Shown here piece by piece: positions 1-9,204 of a DNA stretch of 64,000 bases. The notes beneath the pieces were generated by a model. It worked only from the letters and a program-made list of their open reading frames with translations, made no database searches and was not told the DNA's origin. Each line of letters starts with the position of its first letter. The stretch's first letter is position 1. The stretch comes from Fibrobacteria bacterium (GTDB lineage Bacteria; Fibrobacterota; Chitinivibrionia; Chitinivibrionales; FEN-1185). The stretch is taken from assembly GCA_037447435.1 (NCBI GenBank), contig JBBIGR010000007.1:64001-128000 (forward strand), given 5' to 3'. The translations under genes were made by a program, and so were the position numbers.

Positions 1-1507
1 CGGCAGTATTGGATGTTGCTTTTGAAGAGACAGGCCTGTATTTCACGCTTATTGAATGCGCTTTTTTAACATTGGTGAATGTGTATGTCGGGTTATTTTC
101 CTGAATTATCCCGTCGATGACGAGACTGTCTATCTCGTATTTTGCTTTGGGTGTGATTAAAAAACTCTGGCTTGCGCCGTTTGTCACGTTGACCGAGCCC
201 ATGGGAATAATCGAGCCTTCCGAATCCGAAGATGCGGTTATGCAGAACGAATTGCGGACATTTTTCATCCATAAAAATCTGCCCGTGATTTGCGGGTTGG
301 ATGCGAATTTATCGGTGGCGTTTTCTATGGTGCCGACGGTTGCGAATTTGTCGGGCCGAAATTCCGTAAGGTAAATATATTCGTCCCGCACGTAATTGTC
401 GCCGTCGGTGTTGCTGCTCGTCCCGGTGGTACCGTCGACGTAACCGGCATAATTACCGTTTGTCGTGGTCGCGAGGATAATGTCGAAATACGTATTTGCA
501 AAGGGCACGAGGTCCGAAAACTTCAGCCCGAACCTCCCGCTTTTATAGGCTATCCACATGCCTTCGGCGTCATAGGCAAAATGATTCGAATCCTCTTCGC
601 GGCTTCCTAAGGCGTAATCCCAAATCCAGCATTGGCTGCCGGCCGATTTGTTGGCCCGTAAATTCGCAAAAAACCATTTGATATTCGGTAATGCGATTGC
701 ATCGTATTTTGCGACCCTCGCCGGATCGTCCTGTAACATCAAATGACACAATCCGAGCCGTACAAGGCTGTTTGTCACCATCCAGGCCTGGTTCCACGGT
801 GCAGGGTCGAGCGGTTTATACGTGTTCGGCGTATCGGGGAAGTAATAGTGATTACTTTCGGAAGTCTTTATAAATCTCGCCAACAGCCACTTGTCAAGAA
901 CGTAATCGGCTTCTTTAATGTATTTAAGCGCGCGGGCTTTATAGGTCGCCCCATATCCTTTGTGATCTCCAATGGCAACTTTCGCGTTCCAAATGGACGG
1001 CGTTTCTATAATCAGCTTTGCGCAGAACGCCATATGCGACAATACCTGGCCCTGTTCCACGTCGGCTGATGCCGGCGGCCCCACGGTAACGGGCCAAACA
1101 GGTTCTATGGCACCGGTCCATACCTTCAGTTGGCCTCCGTTTGCCGCAGTTGCCAGATCATTGCGGTCGGAAAGCGCCGCATCGCATAGGTAAATCATTC
1201 TGTCCAAAATGGCAGTATCTTTCGATGCTTCGTACATGAGGCCGCACGCTTCGATTGCTTTTCCGGATGCGCCAAAAACCCATACGTTATCGTACCAGCT
1301 CGACGGGGCGGTAATTTTCTGCTGCGCAAAGGTTTTAAAGGCATTTATTTCATTTTGCGTCAAGGCACCCGTCATGCTTTCCACAATCATCGATTGCGCA
1401 TACGTTCCCAGTGCAAAAGCCAAAACAGACAGTGCGGAAACGATAATTCTAAAAGGTTCTTTTCCGCCGCATCCTTTAAAAATTGAATCGGTATTTAATT
1501 TTTTCAT
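1..1507 (-). CDS. Secreted protein, partial (runs off window start): uncharacterised N-terminal domain followed by a divergent InlB B-repeat (Flg_new_2-like) module
   Basis: Absent from the ORF track; hand-translated from ATG 1507 (MKKLNTDS...IVSALSVLAFALGTYA|QS) with no stop down to position 2. Ends with ITASSDSEGSIIPMGSVNVTNGASQSFLITPKAKYEIDSLVIDG...YTFTNVKKAHSISVKY. Confidence 0.8.
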   Translation of the reverse strand, partial: MKKLNTDSIFKGCGGKEPFRIIVSALSVLAFALGTYAQSMIVESMTGALTQNEINAFKTFAQQKITAPSSWYDNVWVFGASGKAIEACGLMYEASKDTAILDRMIYLCDAALSDRNDLATAANGGQLKVWTGAIEPVWPVTVGPPASADVEQGQVLSHMAFCAKLIIETPSIWNAKVAIGDHKGYGATYKARALKYIKEADYVLDKWLLARFIKTSESNHYYFPDTPNTYKPLDPAPWNQAWMVTNSLVRLGLCHLMLQDDPARVAKYDAIALPNIKWFFANLRANKSAGSQCWIWDYALGSREEDSNHFAYDAEGMWIAYKSGRFGLKFSDLVPFANTYFDIILATTTNGNYAGYVDGTTGTSSNTDGDNYVRDEYIYLTEFRPDKFATVGTIENATDKFASNPQITGRFLWMKNVRNSFCITASSDSEGSIIPMGSVNVTNGASQSFLITPKAKYEIDSLVIDGIIQENNPTYTFTNVKKAHSISVKYRPVSSKATSNTA

Positions 1508-1793
1508 AAAATGCCTTTTAAAATTAATCGATTAAGCTGCAATAGGGTATTCAAGCAGCCAATTTATTCTTAAAATAATCAGAGTGCCCGTATTTATTAT
1601 ACAACATTTTCAAAAAATAATCCGCAAATTTATTGAGCTAATTTTAAAACTAATGAACTTGAAAAAGAACTTTCAGAAAGTCCTGTACCGCCATTTTAAT
1701 TATCTTTTAGGTACTTTTAAATTGTAAAATTGCCCTAATGCCCGAATCGGCTTGGCCCGGAATACTGATGTATCGAACACCTTAAGGAATTTT

Positions 1794-3074
1794 ATGCTGA
1801 TTGCCGTTTCAATTCTGTTTTGCATTGCATATGCTCTTATTGCCATGGAAAACTTCATCAAAATCAATAAAGCCGCGATTGCCGTCATAGCGGGCGTGCT
1901 TTTCTGGGTATTGCTCGTCGCAAACGGCCACTCTGCCGAAATCAAAACGCGGTTTCTCGAGCAAACCGCGGACATTGCCGGCATCCTGTTCTTTTTAATG
2001 GGCGCCATGACCATTGTCGAAATCATAGACCTTCATCAGGGGTTTTCGGTGATTACGGCACTGCTGTCAAAGGGGAGCAAACGCCGTCTGTTATGGCTTG
2101 TCGGCCTTGTCGGATTTTTCCTTTCTGCGGTACTCGATAATCTGACCACGACCATTGTCATGGTGTCGGTGCTTTCGAAAATTCTCCCAAAACGCAACGA
2201 CTTGCTTTTATTTACCGGCGTGGTCGTCATCGCCGTGAATGCCGGCGGCGCCTGGTCGCCCATCGGCGACGTTACCACGACCATGTTATGGATAGGCGGG
2301 CAAATAACCGCCCTTTCGCTTATAGCCAAAAGCTTTGCGCCCAGCATTGCCTGCACGCTCGTTGCGCTTGTCTGGGTATCCGTCGCTATGGGTGAAAAGG
2401 GCGGCGAAAGGTTGGAACCCGGTGAAAAAATCACTATTGATAAAAATGAAAAGCGGCACGGCGCCAAGGTTTTTTTCATCGGAGCCGGCGGCCTTTTGTT
2501 CGTACCGGTATTCAAGATGGCGACCGGTTTGCCGCCCTATGCGGGCATGATGTTCGTGTTGGGATCGGTCTGGCTTTGCATAGAACTTTTGCATCGGTCC
2601 GAAAACGACGACTATCGGCAAAGCAGGTCCGTGGCATCTGCGCTGGAACGTATCGATTTGCAGAGCATATTGTTTTTCCTCGGGATATTGCTTTGCGTTG
2701 GCGCTTTACAAACCGTTGGCGCATTGCCGAACCTTGCCGCATGGCTGACTAAAAGATTCTCCAATGTCGATTCCATCGTCATGAGCATAGGGCTGCTTTC
2801 CTCGATAGTCGACAATGTCCCCCTTGTCGCGGCAAGCATGAAAATGTATCCGTTGACACAATTCGGTACCAACCATCATTTTTGGTCGTTTTTAGCGTAT
2901 TGCGCAGGCACCGGCGGCAGCATTCTCGTCATCGGCTCCGCTGCAGGAGTCGCGGCAATGGGTATGACGAAAATGGATTTTATCTGGTTTCTGCGAAAAA
3001 TCTCTCCAATGGCCCTTGTCGGGTATTTTGCCGGATGCGCGGTATATCTGGGGATGCAGGCATTGCTCCATTAA
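1794..3074 (+). CDS. nhaD: NhaD-family Na+/H+ antiporter
   Basis: Polytopic membrane protein; motifs LFFLMGAMTIVE, LDNLTTT, NAGGAWSPIGDVTTTMLW, VDNVPLV, GTGGSILVIGSAAGV; AAGGA upstream of ATG 1794. Confidence 0.9.
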   Translation: MLIAVSILFCIAYALIAMENFIKINKAAIAVIAGVLFWVLLVANGHSAEIKTRFLEQTADIAGILFFLMGAMTIVEIIDLHQGFSVITALLSKGSKRRLLWLVGLVGFFLSAVLDNLTTTIVMVSVLSKILPKRNDLLLFTGVVVIAVNAGGAWSPIGDVTTTMLWIGGQITALSLIAKSFAPSIACTLVALVWVSVAMGEKGGERLEPGEKITIDKNEKRHGAKVFFIGAGGLLFVPVFKMATGLPPYAGMMFVLGSVWLCIELLHRSENDDYRQSRSVASALERIDLQSILFFLGILLCVGALQTVGALPNLAAWLTKRFSNVDSIVMSIGLLSSIVDNVPLVAASMKMYPLTQFGTNHHFWSFLAYCAGTGGSILVIGSAAGVAAMGMTKMDFIWFLRKISPMALVGYFAGCAVYLGMQALLH

Positions 3075-3111
3075 AAAAAGAAGAGAGCGGCTTGGCAATC
3101 GCTCTCTCCTT
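3073..3111. terminator. Probable bidirectional intrinsic terminator between nhaD and hsp20
   Basis: AGAGAGCG..CGCTCTCT stem with A-run on the left, between convergent genes. Confidence 0.6.
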
Positions 3112-3141
3112 CAAGGGGTCGTTAATAAAAACTGTTTAAAA

Positions 3142-3582
3142 CTATTCCACTTTTACATCGATAGACCGCGGCTTTGCCGCTTCGGTTTTCCTAAGCGTCA
3201 GTTCGAGAACGCCGTTTGCGTATTTCGCTTCGACATGCTCGCTGTCGACGTGTTCGGGTAGCGCGAATTCCCTTCTAAAACTCCCGAACCTTCTTTCCAT
3301 ATGATAGAACATGTTTTTATCGCGTTCGGTTTTCTCTTCTTTCTTTTCGCCGCTGATAGAAAGGACCCTGTCCTTGATTTCTATGGCAATGTCCTTCTTG
3401 TCCAATCCCGGCATGTCGGCGGAAATTTTGTAAACATCCTTTTCCTCGACAATGTCTACGCGTGGATACGAGGTCAGGGTAATATCTCTGTCCCATGCCT
3501 TAAAAAAGTCGTTTTGAAGAAAACTGTCCAACAAATTCGAAAGAGAGTTTGCTGGGGTTTCGTAGCGAATGAGTCCGGACAT
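3142..3582 (-). CDS. Hsp20/alpha-crystallin small heat-shock protein
   Basis: PRVDIVE, ADMPGLDKKDI, ERRFGSFRREFALPE, AKYANGVLEL; AAGGAGG RBS before ATG 3582. Confidence 0.95.
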   Translation of the reverse strand: MSGLIRYETPANSLSNLLDSFLQNDFFKAWDRDITLTSYPRVDIVEEKDVYKISADMPGLDKKDIAIEIKDRVLSISGEKKEEKTERDKNMFYHMERRFGSFRREFALPEHVDSEHVEAKYANGVLELTLRKTEAAKPRSIDVKVE

Positions 3583-3610
3583 AAAAAGCCTCCTTGTTAA
3601 TTTGGATAAT

Positions 3611-3796
3611 TTATATTTTTGCAACAAATTCGTCGACTGTGGAAAGCGTATTCAGTATGATCCTAAGATTCAAGATATCGTCTTTTCCAATCACTTTGTC
3701 CCGTATCGGTCTTCCACCTAAAAAAGGTATGTAATCGGATTTTAAAACGTTTTCCAACTTTATAGAACGCTTGTCCACCACATGTCTCTTTTCCAT
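3611..3796 (-). CDS. Small hypothetical protein (61 aa), likely co-transcribed with hsp20
   Basis: GGGAGGA RBS before ATG 3796 (MEKRHVVDK...DEFVAKI); stop 28 nt before the hsp20 start. Confidence 0.65.
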   Translation of the reverse strand: MEKRHVVDKRSIKLENVLKSDYIPFLGGRPIRDKVIGKDDILNLRIILNTLSTVDEFVAKI

Positions 3797-3845
3797 AGCA
3801 TCCTCCCGTGTGTTGGGTCTTATTTTTCTTTTCACTGCTATTAAT

Positions 3846-3861
3846 TGCAAGACGCATGCCA
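3846..3861 (-). promoter_or_regulatory. Sigma54 (-24/-12) promoter
   Basis: Minus strand TGGCATGCGTCTTGCA = TGGCAYG-N4-TTGCW, about 50 nt upstream of ATG 3796. Confidence 0.7.
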
Positions 3862-4137
3862 ATGCGAAAAACAGCCAAATTCCACTTGAAATCGATATTC
3901 CGTAAAGCATGTGTTTTATAATACGACAGAATGGCAACAAATATGTACCGTAATGAAACAAAAAAGCAGGCCTTGCATACCGAGACACATTAATTACACG
4001 ATTTTTTGTTGTTTTAACTTTTGTCTCAATATTAATTATATAAAGGCCTTAAGAGCCCATAAAGGAACATTGCTTTAATGTCTTCAAAAATTAGCGGCTT
4101 ATGGGGTAATCCGCATAAAGTGTGCTTATCCGAGCAT

Positions 4138-4180
4138 ATTTTGAATACATTTTGGATACATTTTGAATGTTTCTGAATTA
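4138..4180. repeat. 11-bp tandem direct repeats, possible regulator binding site
   Basis: ATTTTGAATAC / ATTTTGGATAC / ATTTTGAATGT plus a partial TTCTGAAT, upstream of the FIST gene. Confidence 0.5.
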
Positions 4181-4232
4181 AAAATACAGGAAAATCATTT
4201 TTTTTAAAATCCTACAGTAAGAGGTTTACAGC

Positions 4233-5606
4233 ATGCGAACATTACGCTGCGTTGCGGTTGTATCGGTATGCGCGGCTGTTCATTTTTTATCCCGGGCCAA
4301 CGCTCTGCCGCTATTGTCGGATTCCACAAAAGCCCAATCCTTTACCGAAGTCGGCACTGGGTGGAGCGTCAATGAAAATCCCGGGGATGCGGTAAAAGAG
4401 GCCTGCGCAATGGCCTTGAAAGATAAACATTGGAAAAAGCCCGATTTTGCGGTTGTGTTTGCGACGTCGGGTTCCGACCTTCCGAAAATATTTACGCAGA
4501 GCAAAGATGTCCTGGGCAATAAAACGAAATTGTTCGGCGGTACGTCGGATTCGAGGACCGTGATCACCAATAAAGGGGTTGTCAAAGTCACGGACCGGCG
4601 ATACGAATACGCATCCATGGAAGGCCGCCGGGGCCTATCGGTCATGACCGTTTCGTCCGACGAAATAACGTTCGGCGTCGGCTCCTCGGAATTTTCCGCG
4701 GGATCTTCTATTGTCAATAATGCGAAGGCAGCGGTGCTGTCGGCGATAGCCGGTGCCCATAAAACTGCCGATCAAAAACCCGCGGCAATACTGTTGTGCG
4801 CAACCAACCAGGTCGAAGAGGAATGCATTAACGGAATAGAGTCGGTGCTGGGAAAAAACATTCCCATTATCGGCGGCACGGTCGGCGGATGGAAATTCGG
4901 GGTGATGGGTGAGAAAAAGGTCTATGAAAAAGGCATCAGCCTTGCGGTCGTTTATACGAATTTACCGAGTGGCTGGACCTATGAAGGCGGTTTCGACGTC
5001 AAAGATCCGCATAGCGGCATCGTTACGAAAACGTCCGATAATTTTACGATTGCGCAAATCGATTACAAGCCCGCGCTCGACGTGTACAATAAATGGCTCG
5101 GCAACGACGTGTACCGGATGTTTTCCAAAATCAAAAAGCCCGACATCGTTTCCAATCTGATGACGTTGCATCCGCTGTATAGGAAATATACGGCGGCAAA
5201 CGGCCAAAATTATTATCTGTTCCAGTATCTTTGGATAAACGAGGAAACTCTCAAGAATAAAGCGATTCTGACAAGCGCCAAGGTGACGACGGGCGAAAGG
5301 CTGTATCTTAGCCATGGTACGTGGGAAACACTTTTAAATCGTATCGGGAATATGCCCAAAAACGTTCGTGCCAACGGCAATGTGGGGCAGGAACTCAAAC
5401 CTCTTTTCGGATACGGTGACATTTGTGCGGCAATTTTAGGAACCATTCCCGAAGAAGACAGGGTCAAAATATCGCCGCTGATCAATTATGCAAACGACCA
5501 CGCACCGTTTATCATGAATTGCACCTGGGGCGAGCAGGGGCTTTTCCCGGGCATCGGGAACAAACACGGAAACCTTTTCACGTCATTTTTTGTTATTTAC
5601 AAATAG
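4233..5606 (+). CDS. FIST N + FIST C domain protein with predicted signal peptide
   Basis: PDFAVVFAT, LFGGTS, IPIIGGT, IAQIDYKPALDVYNKW, TWGEQ...HGN; N-terminus MRTLR-hydrophobic-ANA. Confidence 0.8.
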   Translation: MRTLRCVAVVSVCAAVHFLSRANALPLLSDSTKAQSFTEVGTGWSVNENPGDAVKEACAMALKDKHWKKPDFAVVFATSGSDLPKIFTQSKDVLGNKTKLFGGTSDSRTVITNKGVVKVTDRRYEYASMEGRRGLSVMTVSSDEITFGVGSSEFSAGSSIVNNAKAAVLSAIAGAHKTADQKPAAILLCATNQVEEECINGIESVLGKNIPIIGGTVGGWKFGVMGEKKVYEKGISLAVVYTNLPSGWTYEGGFDVKDPHSGIVTKTSDNFTIAQIDYKPALDVYNKWLGNDVYRMFSKIKKPDIVSNLMTLHPLYRKYTAANGQNYYLFQYLWINEETLKNKAILTSAKVTTGERLYLSHGTWETLLNRIGNMPKNVRANGNVGQELKPLFGYGDICAAILGTIPEEDRVKISPLINYANDHAPFIMNCTWGEQGLFPGIGNKHGNLFTSFFVIYK

Positions 5607-5613
5607 ACATTAC

Positions 5614-7449
5614 ATGAAATTATTCAGAAAAATTTATATAGCGGTTTTCTGTTCGTTTACCATTGTCGCGATAGTGGTTACCGTTTTCATAACAATGAGT
5701 GCGGTGGATACAATGCAAAAAAACATCGTCAATGATAATCGGACAATAGCAAACTTGGTTGCGCTTGAAGCGCAACGCGGTTTTGTCATTTCCGGTTGGC
5801 CGTTCGAAAGCCTTAAAACCCTTGAAAACCTTCCTGATTTCAAGTTTTGGTACATAGTTACCGATTCGCAAATGGTGTATTTGGCCAACGATGTTTCGTG
5901 TATGGGCCGTTCTGTACCGGAATGCTTTCCGAACTTGCCGGTGATTTCCGATACCGAATCAATCGTATTGCTGCCGCAAATCTCAAGCGGAATTTGCATA
6001 CGGCGAATAGAAAAAAACGGACAACAATGGTCGTTTTGGCTGGGCTTTTCGACAAAGCGGGCTACGGCTATGGGAAAAAAGATTATCGCGGTCGCCGCCG
6101 GAACATTGTTTGTCATTCTGTTGGTCCTCGGCATTGTCTTATACTTTGTTATTAATCACTTCACGGATCCGATACGGTCCCTTGCAAAAGGGGCTAAGGA
6201 AATCGGTACGGGAAATTTGGATTTCCGTTTATCGTGCCTATCACATGACGAAGTAGGATCTTTGGCCGCTTCATTCAACGCGATGGCGGCCAATTTACAA
6301 CAAACGACTGTTTCACGGAATTATCTCAATGTTATCCTTGCATCGACTCAGGACGCATTATTCGTGTTGGAGCAAGGCGGCTCCATCATGACCGTCAATC
6401 CCGCTGCCTGCAGCATTCTCGGCTTTGGCGAGCAAAACCTTGTCGGCATGCAATTTGAAAAAATAATCACGGTTGTCGACGATGCGCATCCGATACTGTC
6501 GCTTCAACAAATCCTGAAACGCGGAAAAATATCGGGAGAGGAATCTTGTTTGTTAAAGGCTACCGGCGAAACGATTCCCGTTCTGTTCAACTCGACGGTC
6601 GTCGCAGGGAAAGACGGCAACGTCCGATGGATCGTTTGTACGGCAAAGGACATTACCGAACGTAAAAAGAATGAAATGGCGCTCCGGGCCACGGCGCGGC
6701 AGCTCGAAAGGGCTTTCCAATGTATCAACGAAGAACTCGATGCAGCGCGGCTCATGCAAAATGCCTTCTTGCCGTCTTTGATGGGCTCATATACGGGAAT
6801 CATTGTCGCTGCAGCCTATGTGCCGTGCGGTACCGTTGGCGGCGATTTGTACGACGTGTTTAAAATCGACGCACATAAAACGGCGCTTATCGGTATCGAT
6901 GTTGCCGGGCACGGCGTGCCGGCATCTTTGTCGTCGGCAGCGGCCAAAATCTGCTTTCGCCAAAGTATCGACAGGGCCGAAAATCTGGATGATGCCTTAC
7001 GTGATGCGAATACGGCGTTGCTCCATTCCATTCCGCAAACCCAATTCGTGGCCGCGTTCATCGGCATTTTCGATTCCCCAACCGGGTTGTTCAGGTATGT
7101 GCGTGCCGGCCTCCCTAAACCGCTTTTGCTCCGGGCCGCTTCAACTACGGTGGAAAACCTGGATGGCACCGGGAGCATACTGGGTATTTTGCCCGAGGTG
7201 ATATTCGAAGAGAAAACAGTGACGCTTTGCAAAGGCGATAAGGTGCTGATTTATACCGACGGTCTCACCGACGGCGAAAACGCCGATCTTGTCCGTTACG
7301 GCAGGAGGCGTTTGCAAATGGTCGTGCAACAGGCGGCGAGTAAACCGATGCATGAAATAATCAAAACCGTCATAGCCGAAAACGCCGCGTATTTGGATAA
7401 ATCCCTGCAGATCGACGACATTACGATCCTGGGTTTTGAAGTCACTTAA
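5614..7449 (+). CDS. Membrane sensor PP2C (SpoIIE/RsbU-type) phosphatase: 2 TM, HAMP, PAS, PP2C
   Basis: HAMP (PIRSLAKGAKEIGTGNL...DEVGSLAASFNAM); PAS ending KDITERK; PP2C motifs VGGDLYD, DVAGHGVPA, YTDGLTD, DDIT. Confidence 0.9.
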   Translation: MKLFRKIYIAVFCSFTIVAIVVTVFITMSAVDTMQKNIVNDNRTIANLVALEAQRGFVISGWPFESLKTLENLPDFKFWYIVTDSQMVYLANDVSCMGRSVPECFPNLPVISDTESIVLLPQISSGICIRRIEKNGQQWSFWLGFSTKRATAMGKKIIAVAAGTLFVILLVLGIVLYFVINHFTDPIRSLAKGAKEIGTGNLDFRLSCLSHDEVGSLAASFNAMAANLQQTTVSRNYLNVILASTQDALFVLEQGGSIMTVNPAACSILGFGEQNLVGMQFEKIITVVDDAHPILSLQQILKRGKISGEESCLLKATGETIPVLFNSTVVAGKDGNVRWIVCTAKDITERKKNEMALRATARQLERAFQCINEELDAARLMQNAFLPSLMGSYTGIIVAAAYVPCGTVGGDLYDVFKIDAHKTALIGIDVAGHGVPASLSSAAAKICFRQSIDRAENLDDALRDANTALLHSIPQTQFVAAFIGIFDSPTGLFRYVRAGLPKPLLLRAASTTVENLDGTGSILGILPEVIFEEKTVTLCKGDKVLIYTDGLTDGENADLVRYGRRRLQMVVQQAASKPMHEIIKTVIAENAAYLDKSLQIDDITILGFEVT

Positions 7450-8212
7450 AATCAAACATCCGGTGAATCGCAAAGCCAAAATGCAGATTGTTGTTTTCCG
7501 TGCCGAACATGCAATGCCGCGACCCGATGCTTGCGATGTTGTCGATATAGGGGCTGTTCTGGACAAAAAGGAGAAAATGGTGTCCGGCGGTAGTGAATTT
7601 GATACCGAATGAGAAAACATTGATTGTCGCAACCGAGGTCGAGTCTTTGTCTTTGTCAATAATCGGAAAGTATTCGCCAAGTAGGTCGAACCCTTCGACG
7701 AGGGTTACCGAAACACCCAAGCCAAGTCCCCATCTTTTTTTGAACAAATCGTATCCTGCGTTGACCGTGGGAGAAATGCATTTGAAAAGCGGTTCCGTCT
7801 GCGCGTCGAGACCAAAATACCCCGCATTGTCCCGATGTTCCACAAACGCCGTGTCGTAGGCGCTGAAATTGTAATAGGTTGCTTCCAGTTGAAAACGCAA
7901 ATATGCTGCGGGAATCAAAAGGTTGTAGCCGCCGCCAACTTCCACTTCCTTATTTGTCGTATAGAAACCGGTATATAGTTCAAGTTTCCGCAGAAGCATG
8001 TATCGAAGGTTGAAATCGACCCATGCCGGAGTCGCTAGCCCGAAAAACGTTGTACCCGCCGTATCCAGCCGACCGGAAAACCGGTGTTGGATCGAGGCCT
8101 CCAATTGACCCTGCTCAAGGTTCGATGGTGCCTTGACATTGGGAAGACAGGCTTCGGTATACCCGAAAGCGAATGCGGGAAAAAGAAATAAAAAGGCGAA
8201 AAAGGCTTTCAT
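7442..8212 (-). CDS. Secreted/outer-membrane beta-barrel-like protein (DUF5777-like)
   Basis: Signal peptide MKAFFAFLFLFPAFAFG; IQHRF, TAGHHFLLFVQNS, C-terminal FGFAIHRMFDF; GGAGG RBS. Confidence 0.55.
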   Translation of the reverse strand: MKAFFAFLFLFPAFAFGYTEACLPNVKAPSNLEQGQLEASIQHRFSGRLDTAGTTFFGLATPAWVDFNLRYMLLRKLELYTGFYTTNKEVEVGGGYNLLIPAAYLRFQLEATYYNFSAYDTAFVEHRDNAGYFGLDAQTEPLFKCISPTVNAGYDLFKKRWGLGLGVSVTLVEGFDLLGEYFPIIDKDKDSTSVATINVFSFGIKFTTAGHHFLLFVQNSPYIDNIASIGSRHCMFGTENNNLHFGFAIHRMFDFK

Positions 8213-8328
8213 ACGACCTCCGGTTATTCTGTGATCTGAAACGTGCGTTGAACGGTTGTTTTTGGATGAACAATGATTTTTAATATACAATCTGGATTTT
8301 ACTAAGCAATTCATAAGCACGTGACTTG

Positions 8329-8434
8329 CGAAGGACTGTTCCCGTCTCAGGCCTCAGACATCCCTAACTCGTCCCATTTCATGGGACTCAAACAGGGAAC
8401 CCTGTCTTTTGGCCGAACCGGGAACAATCCTTCG
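8329..8434. other. Extended nested inverted repeat (106 nt), candidate structured RNA or REP/MITE-like element
   Basis: Nested stems CGAAGGACTGTTCCCG/CGGGAACAATCCTTCG, GGCC/GGCC, AGACA/TGTCT, TCCCT/AGGGA, GTCCCAT/ATGGGAC. Confidence 0.65.
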
Positions 8435-8535
8435 AATTTTTACTTGAGAATTGTTTAGTCAATCAAAAGAACCGTTTGCAAAAATCGCATTGAAAGCTGT
8501 GACCCTGGAATGTGTTCGATGTAAATTTAAACCAT

Positions 8536-9177
8536 ATGAAAGAGTACAGCTATTTTTTATTCGATGCCGACGGTACGCTCATCGATACGACCGAGCTTAT
8601 TTGCCAGAGTTTTATCTATACCTGTAAAACGTTTGCAGGGCTTTCCATCCCGCGGGAAAAAATCATACGGAACATCGGGCTTACTTTACGGAAACAAATG
8701 GAAGTGTATTTCGGCCCGCTTTCCGATGCCCAGTTTGCCGAACGTTCTGCAGCGCATATGAAATACCAGGTTTCGATTTACAAAACGCATCTTTGTTTGT
8801 TCAAAACGGTTTTGGAAGGCCTTACCGAGCTATACAAAAGAGGAAAACACCTGGCGGTGGTGACGTCGCGTCGCAAAGAAACCCTCGATTTGTATTTGCA
8901 GGAGACGGGTATATATCGGTTTTTTTCGGTTTTTGTCACGCCGGAAAACACCGCGACTCATAAACCCGATCCTGCTCCCGCATTCGAAGCGCTCAGGCTG
9001 CTTGCCTGTGATAATCCCCATGATGCGCTTTTCATCGGCGATTCGGAATTCGACATCGAATGCGGCAACCGCGCGCATATAGACACGGCTTTTGTACAAT
9101 GGAGCGAAAACGACCCCCAGACATTCCCGACCAAACCGACATATAGTATTTCCGATTTACGGCAACTTGCCCAATAA
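8536..9177 (+). CDS. HAD-IA family phosphatase (PpaX/Gph-like)
   Basis: FDADGTLIDT motif I, VVTS, KPDP, IGDSEFD. Confidence 0.9.
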   Translation: MKEYSYFLFDADGTLIDTTELICQSFIYTCKTFAGLSIPREKIIRNIGLTLRKQMEVYFGPLSDAQFAERSAAHMKYQVSIYKTHLCLFKTVLEGLTELYKRGKHLAVVTSRRKETLDLYLQETGIYRFFSVFVTPENTATHKPDPAPAFEALRLLACDNPHDALFIGDSEFDIECGNRAHIDTAFVQWSENDPQTFPTKPTYSISDLRQLAQ

Positions 9178-9204
9178 AATCCCGACGGAGCACCAAAAGC
9201 AATC

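Noticed and set aside
8361..8398. Hammerhead ribozyme on the minus strand
   Set aside because: The core reads CUGUUUGA...GAGU rather than CUGAnGA...GAAA, and no three-way junction is evident
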